NCBI GenBank assembly: GCA_028698185.1
Contig: JAQVDW010000001.1
Coordinates: forward strand, 90,001 to 122,000
DNA length: 32,000 nucleotides
Origin: Erysipelotrichaceae bacterium
GTDB taxonomy: Bacteria; Bacillota_I; Bacilli_A; Erysipelotrichales; Coprobacillaceae
Direction of reading: 5' to 3'
Each line of letters starts with the position of its first letter. The stretch's first letter is position 1. Below, piece by piece: positions 27,890 through 32,000 of this stretch. Position numbers and translations under genes: made by a program. The notes under the pieces were generated by a model. The model searched no databases. It was not told where the DNA came from and saw only the letters and a program-made list of their open reading frames with translations.

Positions 27890-28240
27890 TTATTTTCTGA
27901 TTTCTTTGATTCTTGCAGCTTTACCAGAAAGACCACGTAAGTAGTTAAGTTTAGCACGACGTACTTTACCAACTTTTACAACTTCGATACGGTCGATCAA
28001 TGGTGAATGTACTGGGAAAGTTCTTTCAACACCAACGCTGAATGAGATTTTTCTTACAGTATAAGTTTCTGAGATTCCAGAACCTTGACGAGCGATACAA
28101 ACACCTTCGAATAACTGAATACGTTGTTTGTCACCCTCTTTGATTTTTACGTAAACTTTTAAAGTGTCCCCAGCTTTGAATTGAGGAATGTCATTTCTTA
28201 ATTGTTTTTTTGTGATTTGGTCAATTACACCTAAGTTCAT
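27890..28240 (-). CDS. rplS: 50S ribosomal protein L19
   Basis: The start was moved to the ATG at 28240 ([14 protein letters not shown]...), preceded by AAGGAG at 8 nt. [33 protein letters not shown] matches L19. Confidence 0.96.
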   Translation of the reverse strand: MNLGVIDQITKKQLRNDIPQFKAGDTLKVYVKIKEGDKQRIQLFEGVCIARQGSGISETYTVRKISFSVGVERTFPVHSPLIDRIEVVKVGKVRRAKLNYLRGLSGKAARIKEIRK

Positions 28241-28261
28241 TTTCTTATCTCCTTTTACCAT

Positions 28262-28320
28262 ATATAGTCTTATTAGTTCATTCGATTAACCAGCGGAACT
28301 AGTGCAGTCTTGAAGACTTG
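28262..28320 (-). promoter_or_regulatory. Structured rplS 5' leader (possible L19 autoregulatory leader)
   Basis: Two nested 6-bp helices can form. 28313..28318 pairs with 28266..28271 (AGTCTT/AAGACT). 28296..28301 pairs with 28274..28279 (TAGTTC/GAACTA). The structure ends about 20 nt before the SD. Confidence 0.3.
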
Positions 28321-28324
28321 AACA

Positions 28325-28355
28325 TTATTGCATACTTTGATGAAAAATGCAATAA
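28325..28355 (-). promoter_or_regulatory. Candidate internal promoter for rplS embedded in a 9-bp inverted repeat
   Basis: The minus strand reads ttaTTGCAT, then a 17-nt spacer, then AATAAT. The -35 and -10 lie in the two arms of the perfect inverted repeat TTATTGCAT/ATGCAATAA, 3 nt after the trmD stop. Confidence 0.4.
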
Positions 28356-28358
28356 AAT

Positions 28359-29087
28359 TTATTGCTTTTCTTTATTTTCGATGATCTGCGCGAGCATCTT
28401 GTTCTGTTCATCGGTCAATTCCAACTTTTCAAGCAGATCGGGCCGATAATTATATGTCTTTTCAAGCGATTTGTAAAGACGCCACTTGCGGATGTTTTCA
28501 TGATGCCCGGTCAACAGGATGTCCGGGACCGTGTTTCCGTCATACTCGTAAGGCCTGGTGTACTGGGGATACTCGAGCAGGCCGTTGGCAAATGAGTCGT
28601 CCTCATGGGAACTTTGGCGAATGGCCCCTTCGAGCAGCCGGATGGTCGCATCGCAGATGACCATCGAACTAAGTTCCCCGCCGGTAAGGACATAGTCCCC
28701 AATCGACACTTCCATGTCCACATAATCGCGGACCCGCTCGTCGAAACCTTCATAATGTCCGCAGATGATGATCAGATGTTTGAAAGTTGCGAACTCCTGG
28801 GCCACCTGGTGGGAAAATGTCCGACCCTGAGGCGACATCAAAACAACAATCGATTCTGGAGTCGTTATGGTTTTCAAACATTCGACAATCGGCATCACCT
28901 GGAGAACCATCCCCTGGCCCCCGCCATAAGGAGTGTCATCGACATGGTGGTGTTTTTCCGTTGAAAAATCCCGGAAATTATGGATATCGATAGTGGCGAC
29001 TTCGCTGGCAATCGCCCGCTTGATGATCGAGGTGTTTAAAAAACCCTCGATCATTTCCGGAAAAAGCGTCAGAATATCAATCTTCAT
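28359..29087 (-). CDS. trmD: tRNA (guanine37-N1)-methyltransferase
   Basis: The start was moved to the ATG at 29087 (MKIDILTLFPEMIEGFLNTSIIKRA), overlapping the rimM stop by 11 nt. DDTPYGGGQGMVL...CGHYEGFDERV match the family. Confidence 0.96.
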   Translation of the reverse strand: MKIDILTLFPEMIEGFLNTSIIKRAIASEVATIDIHNFRDFSTEKHHHVDDTPYGGGQGMVLQVMPIVECLKTITTPESIVVLMSPQGRTFSHQVAQEFATFKHLIIICGHYEGFDERVRDYVDMEVSIGDYVLTGGELSSMVICDATIRLLEGAIRQSSHEDDSFANGLLEYPQYTRPYEYDGNTVPDILLTGHHENIRKWRLYKSLEKTYNYRPDLLEKLELTDEQNKMLAQIIENKEKQ

Positions 29088-29589
29088 CGATAAGACCTTC
29101 CATCCTGTTGATGACGATTGTCTTGCCTTCGATATCGACTTCCTCGATGAAAGCATCGACATATGGGATCATCGCCTTTTTGTTTGACTTGGTTTTTAGC
29201 ACCAGGATATCATGGGCCTGGGTTTCCATAACATCGACAACCTCGCCCAACTCTTTGCCCTCGCCATCGACGATTTTGCACCCGATCAGATCGTCATAGT
29301 AGACTTCGTCCTCGTCAAGCAATTCGACATCTTTTGGTGCATAGACGTCGAGACCTTTGTATTTTTCAATGGCGTTTATGTCCTGGAGACCCTCGAAAGA
29401 AACGAGATAGTTGTTCTTGTGGACTCTCGAGGTGGCGATGGTCAGTTCCAGCTCCTCCTTATTATAAGTCAAGTACAGCTTGTTGCCTTTGCCAAAGCGG
29501 ACGTCACCATAATCGGTTTCCGACCTGATTTTCAATTCACCCTTCAAACCATGAGTTGTTAAGATTTTTCCAACTTTAAGCTTTTTCAT
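29077..29589 (-). CDS. rimM: 16S rRNA processing protein RimM
   Basis: 170 aa. VGKILTTHGLKGELKI... and the PRC-barrel C-terminus match RimM. AGGAGG lies upstream. Confidence 0.93.
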   Translation of the reverse strand: MKKLKVGKILTTHGLKGELKIRSETDYGDVRFGKGNKLYLTYNKEELELTIATSRVHKNNYLVSFEGLQDINAIEKYKGLDVYAPKDVELLDEDEVYYDDLIGCKIVDGEGKELGEVVDVMETQAHDILVLKTKSNKKAMIPYVDAFIEEVDIEGKTIVINRMEGLIDED

Positions 29590-29599
29590 GTTACCTCCT

Positions 29600-29630
29600 A
29601 AAAAAAGCAGATGTGGTCACATCTGCTTTT
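29600..29630 (-). terminator. Rho-independent terminator between khpA and rimM
   Basis: On the minus strand: AAAAGCAGATGT-GACC-ACATCTGCTTTT followed by TTTAGGAGG. The stem starts right after the khpA TAA. The U-tract runs into the rimM SD. Confidence 0.75.
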
Positions 29631-29877
29631 ACTCGTACGATTCGAACTGGATATCCAATTTTTTCTCGTCGAAACGGCTGCTTACAGCCATTACCTGACG
29701 GATCGAATTGGCGATCACACCTTTATGCCCAATTAATTTTCCTAAATCCTCCTGAGATGAATAGACGTGCAGTACGACAGTCTTTTCATCCAGTGAAGGC
29801 ATTTGACGCACTTCCAATTTTTCACTGTTGGCAACCAGGCCTACAGCGATAGTTTTAAGAATTTTGGCATAATCCAT
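29629..29877 (-). CDS. khpA: KH-domain RNA-binding protein KhpA (YlqC)
   Basis: 82 aa with KLIGHKGVIANSIR (GxxG KH motif). It lies immediately after rpsP. Confidence 0.9.
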   Translation of the reverse strand: MDYAKILKTIAVGLVANSEKLEVRQMPSLDEKTVVLHVYSSQEDLGKLIGHKGVIANSIRQVMAVSSRFDEKKLDIQFESYE

Positions 29878-29879
29878 AA

Positions 29880-30152
29880 TTACTTACCTTGTTTTGAATC
29901 AACGAACTTCTTCATAATTCCTTCTTTGGCAAGAAGGTTTTTAACTGTGTCAGTTGGTTGAGCTCCATTAGCCAACCATTTCAACGCTACTTCTTCGTTG
30001 ATTTTAACAGCAGCTGGGTTTTTAGTTGGATCGTAAGTTCCCAACAATTCGATGTATTTTCCATCACGTGCAACTCTTGAGTCAGCAGCTACAACTCTAT
30101 AGAAAGGAGCTCTTTTCGCACCCATTCTCATTAATCTTAATTTTACAGCCAT
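29880..30152 (-). CDS. rpsP: 30S ribosomal protein S16
   Basis: 90 aa. [26 protein letters not shown] matches S16. Confidence 0.97.
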   Translation of the reverse strand: MAVKLRLMRMGAKRAPFYRVVAADSRVARDGKYIELLGTYDPTKNPAAVKINEEVALKWLANGAQPTDTVKNLLAKEGIMKKFVDSKQGK

Positions 30153-30177
30153 TTCAATATCCTCCTATGTTTTTCTA

Positions 30178-30190
30178 ACTGTCAAGTGTT
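30178..30190 (-). repeat. 13-bp direct repeat copy 1 (minus strand AACACTTGACAGT), rpsP-proximal
   Basis: Identical to 30239..30251. It overlaps a 7-bp hairpin GTGTTAA-GCT-TTAACAC at 30186..30202. Confidence 0.7.
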
Positions 30191-30217
30191 AAAGCTTAAC
30201 ACCGGTAATCCTCAATC

Positions 30218-30246
30218 AATTTACCATACATAAAAGATACTGTCAA
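30218..30246 (-). promoter_or_regulatory. Candidate sigma-A promoter of rpsP operon
   Basis: On the minus strand: TTGACA (30246..30241), a 17-nt spacer ending in TGG, then TAAATT (30223..30218). This is an extended -10. Confidence 0.5.
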
Positions 30247-30268
30247 GTGTTTTCCCTTAACAGTATCT
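30229..30268 (-). terminator. Rho-independent terminator after ffh
   Basis: On the minus strand: AGATACTGTTAAG-GGAAAACA-CTTGACAGTATCT, a 13-bp stem with one G-U pair, followed by TTTTAT. It begins 4 nt after the ffh stop. Confidence 0.75.
30239..30251 (-). repeat. 13-bp direct repeat copy 2 (minus strand AACACTTGACAGT), inside the ffh terminator and rpsP -35
   Basis: Identical to 30178..30190 and located 61 bp away from it. Confidence 0.7.
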
Positions 30269-30272
30269 AAAA

Positions 30273-31664
30273 TTATCTTTTTTTCTTTTTATGCCGGATT
30301 TTCTTGCGGTTTGGATCGAATCCGCTTGGACCTTTGGCCGGCCGTTGGGTCGGCATTCCGGTTGTCGGATCGATGTTCCCGAGCATCTTCATCATTTTTT
30401 TCGAATCTTCGAACTGCTTCAGCAGGCGGTTGATGTCGGCCACCGATTTGCCTGAACCCTGGGCAATCCGCTGTTTTCGGGATGTGTTGATGATTGAAGG
30501 ATCGCGGCGTTCCTGTTTTGTCATCGAGTAGATGATCGCCTCCATCATCTTGAGACGATTGTTTGTGTCGTCATCGTCGATTTTGGGAATATTCGGCATT
30601 CCTGGAATCATTTTCATAATCCCCGAGATCGGCCCGAGTTTCTTGAGCTGGTGCATCTGTGAAAGCATGTCATCAAGTCCGAATTGCCCCGATTGGAGTT
30701 TTTTCAGGGTTTTCATGGTGTCTTTTTCATCATAGACATCCTGAACTTTCTCAACCAATGTGACAACATCGCCCATTCCTAGGATCCGATCGGCCATCCG
30801 GTCGGGATAGAAAAAGTCGATCTGGTCAAGTTTTTCTCCGGTACCGATGTATTTGATCGGTACGTTGGCAACCTGGCGGATTGAAAGCGCGCCACCGCCA
30901 CGGGCATCCCCGTCCAATTTGGTCAACACGGCTCCGGTTATGCTTAGCTGCTGGTTGAACGAAGCGGCGACATTGACAATGTCCTGACCGGTCAATGAAT
31001 CGACCACAAGCAATATTTCATTTGGAGTCGCAATCTTTTTGAGGTCAATCAGCTCGGCCATCAATGCCTCATCGATATGCAGACGCCCCGCCGTATCGAT
31101 GATGATGACATCGTTTCCGTTGGTTCTGGCTTGTTCTAGCCCTTCCCTGACGATGTCCTGGGCCGACTTGCTTGTCCCTTGTTGGTAGACTGGCACATCG
31201 ATCTGGTTTCCCAGAGTGATAAGCTGGTCCACGGCAGCTGGACGGTAGATGTCGGCCGCGATAAGCAACGGTTTTTTCGCCTCTTTTTCCTTGATGTACT
31301 TGGCGATTTTTCCCGAAGTCGTCGTCTTTCCAGAACCTTGCAGTCCGACCATCATAATCACGGTCGGTTTGTTGTCGAACGAAACCTTGGCCACTTCGCC
31401 CCCTAACAGGCTGACTAGTTCGTCATGGACGATTTTCACCAATACCTGACCGGGTTTCAATGAACCGATTACGTCCTGGCCAACGGCCTTTTCCTTGACG
31501 TTGGCGATGAAATCCTTGACGACGTTGAAATTGACGTCGGCTTCCAATAACGCCAGGCGGATTTCGGTTAACATCTCCTGCATGTTCTGTTCGGTCAGTT
31601 TCCCTTGACCGGATACTTTCTTTATCGTCTGCGAGAGACGTTCTGACAGTGATTCAAATGGCAT
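30273..31664 (-). CDS. ffh: Signal recognition particle protein Ffh
   Basis: 463 aa with the NG domain (GLQGSGKTTTSGK, DTAGRL, TKLDGDARGG), a Met-rich M domain and a basic tail. Confidence 0.97.
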   Translation of the reverse strand: MPFESLSERLSQTIKKVSGQGKLTEQNMQEMLTEIRLALLEADVNFNVVKDFIANVKEKAVGQDVIGSLKPGQVLVKIVHDELVSLLGGEVAKVSFDNKPTVIMMVGLQGSGKTTTSGKIAKYIKEKEAKKPLLIAADIYRPAAVDQLITLGNQIDVPVYQQGTSKSAQDIVREGLEQARTNGNDVIIIDTAGRLHIDEALMAELIDLKKIATPNEILLVVDSLTGQDIVNVAASFNQQLSITGAVLTKLDGDARGGGALSIRQVANVPIKYIGTGEKLDQIDFFYPDRMADRILGMGDVVTLVEKVQDVYDEKDTMKTLKKLQSGQFGLDDMLSQMHQLKKLGPISGIMKMIPGMPNIPKIDDDDTNNRLKMMEAIIYSMTKQERRDPSIINTSRKQRIAQGSGKSVADINRLLKQFEDSKKMMKMLGNIDPTTGMPTQRPAKGPSGFDPNRKKIRHKKKKR

Positions 31665-31674
31665 AATCTAACTC

Positions 31675-32000
31675 CTATACTTTTCTTAACATTTTAATGT
31701 ATTCTTCGATTTCAGGATGCTCTTTTGACAGCGAATCGTCGAGCTTTTCGAGCAGGCTAAGACGCTGCATGTGCTTTTCCAGAAGATGAAGTTTCTCTTC
31801 GTACTTTTCCAACAGGGATACGGCCTTTTTGAGATTGTCATAAACCGCGTTGCGGCTGACATCCAGTTCCAGGGCGATTTCCGAGAGCGACAGGTCATCT
31901 TGATAATAAAGTTCGAGGTAATTGCGTTGCTTGTCTGTAAGCAGCTCCTCGTAACAGTCCATCAGAAGATTTACCCGGGCCTGTTTTTCAAGGCTGTCAG
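31675..32000 (-). CDS. ylxM: YlxM (UPF0122) putative HTH protein, 5' end beyond the window edge
   Basis: [40 protein letters not shown] matches the YlxM family. The frame stays open upstream of the track ATG (…[18 protein letters not shown]) through 31998, so the true start is probably outside the window. Confidence 0.85.
   Translation of the reverse strand, partial: DSLEKQARVNLLMDCYEELLTDKQRNYLELYYQDDLSLSEIALELDVSRNAVYDNLKKAVSLLEKYEEKLHLLEKHMQRLSLLEKLDDSLSKEHPEIEEYIKMLRKV

Noticed and set aside
30180-30185. Second TTGACA (rpsP-proximal repeat copy) as an additional rpsP promoter
   Set aside because: No acceptable -10 lies at 16-18 nt. Any start there would fall within or after the SD and produce an untranslatable or leaderless message with no ATG at the 5' end.
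1-32000. Search for a novel defence, mobile or biosynthetic system (CRISPR arrays, toxin-antitoxin pairs, restriction-modification, retrons, prophage genes, tRNA-linked islands)
   Set aside because: Every sizeable ORF except one (1995..2726) has a clear housekeeping identity, and gene order mirrors a conserved Bacillota block. There are no spaced direct-repeat arrays, no nuclease/ATPase/reverse-transcriptase-like ORFs and no integrase next to a tRNA. XerC sits in its usual trmFO-linked position. Claiming a novel system here would be unsupported.
1-32000. Mollicutes genetic code 4 (TGA read as Trp)
   Set aside because: TGA terminates acpS, rimM, trmFO and rbgA exactly at conserved protein ends, often in ATGA stop/start overlaps. 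Conserved Trp positions use TGG.

Overview
This window is almost entirely conserved Firmicutes (Bacillota) housekeeping genes, and I found no convincing novel multi-gene system. There is no CRISPR array, defence island, prophage, toxin-antitoxin pair, tRNA or rRNA. About 34 genes lie head-to-tail on the minus strand. Read 5'->3' on that strand they are: ylxM(partial)-ffh | rpsP-khpA | rimM-trmD | rplS | rbgA-rnhB-dprA | topA | trmFO-xerC | rpsB | tsf | pyrH-frr | uppS-cdsA-rseP | polC | rimP-nusA-rnpM(ylxR)-ylxQ-infB-rbfA | aldose-epimerase-like | rsuA-trmB-thioredoxin-ytpR-orphan-acpS. This is a compacted version of the B. subtilis ylxM...rbfA region. It lacks sucCD, hslUV/codY, the fla/che operon, dxr, proS, ylxP and truB-ribF-rpsO-pnp. 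That compaction, a short IF-2 (614 aa) and a single-PDZ RseP fit a reduced Erysipelotrichia or Acholeplasma-like lineage, but I cannot assign a taxon. The genetic code is standard: TGA acts as a stop in ATGA stop/start overlaps and Trp is TGG. The only plus-strand and accessory element is a decayed ISL3-family insertion sequence (116..1593). It has recognisable inverted repeats, and its transposase carries one frameshift and one in-frame TAG. The items most worth a second look are small-scale. (1) An orphan 243-aa highly charged protein is translationally coupled between ytpR and acpS. (2) A promoter, then a hairpin with an interrupted U-tract, lie upstream of rimP-nusA, resembling the NusA autoregulatory attenuator of B. 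subtilis. (3) Terminator-like hairpins sit directly in front of essential genes with no room for a promoter. (4) Structured leaders and internal promoters occur upstream of rplS, rpsP and rpsB. (5) NusA and S2 carry low-complexity C-terminal tails. Several ORF-track starts were moved to internal ATGs that have good Shine-Dalgarno sequences.
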